5,819 bases of DNA from Octopus sinensis (lineage: Eukaryota): NCBI RefSeq assembly GCF_006345805.1, contig NW_021829835.1:1-5819 (forward strand), in the 5' to 3' direction. The notes under the pieces are model-generated. The model ran no database searches and had not been told where the DNA came from. It worked only from the letters and a program-made list of their open reading frames with translations. Below are positions 5,595-5,819 of the stretch, piece by piece. The translations under genes and the position numbers were made by a program. Position 1 is the stretch's first letter. Every line of letters begins with the position of its first letter.

Positions 5595-5819
5595 TCAGAT
5601 CCCGGTCAAAAGAATAGCTTGCGTGTTGCCGCGCATGATTGTACCAGAGATCCTCTGTCTTAGCCAAGAAGATTCGCTTGCATCCATGTTTCTCCGAGCG
5701 ATAAGGAGGCAGACGTGTTTTAAGAACTTGGATGTTTGCGGGACGAAGGCTGCGGAGATCTCGAATGCCAAATAGACAATTACTAGTTGCATTTGGATTG
5801 TTGAAATAGTTATTTAAAG
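5595..5819 (-). mobile_element. Probable 3' end of an RLE-type (CRE-like) non-LTR retrotransposon ORF; runs off the right edge
   Basis: Track ORF 5595-5792 reads LAFE....QTSKFLKHV.......WLRQRISGTIMRGNTQAIL, resembling the CRE-type C-terminus P.A.ET.G.....FL..L......FL.QR.S.A.QRGNA..L. About 50% GC against AT-rich flanks. No poly(A) tail or 3' boundary was seen. Confidence 0.65.

Overview
AT-rich eukaryotic DNA containing a histone H3-H4 locus heavily invaded by transposons; all recognisable genes are on the minus strand. Reading the minus strand (right to left): (1) the probable 3' end of a CRE-like restriction-like-endonuclease (RLE) non-LTR retrotransposon (5595-5819); (2) a divergent, intronless histone H3 gene (4934-5343) that the ORF track misses because of three 1-nt indels; (3) a full-length but dead Tc1 DD34E element (2372-4707; TIRs, TA flanks) with an 860-bp internally deleted Buster-type hAT element nested at the catalytic PIE codons (13-bp TIRs, 8-bp TSD CTCTATAG); (4) the 5' half of a divergent histone H4 (2013-2171), broken after IYEE and fused in frame to a 193-bp, ~58% GC foreign segment (1820-2012); (5) a second, 5'-truncated copy of the Tc1::Buster composite (1-1819, matching 2473-4287). 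The two copies differ mostly by 1-2 nt indels, which looks like long-read error, so single-copy frameshifts are not trustworthy. The most interesting points are the H4-foreign DNA fusion (possibly a retroelement 5' end), the in-frame 175-aa mini-transposase of the Buster element, and templated-synthesis scars at several junctions. The histone divergence and AT content suggest a fast-evolving non-metazoan such as a microsporidian; this is inference only.
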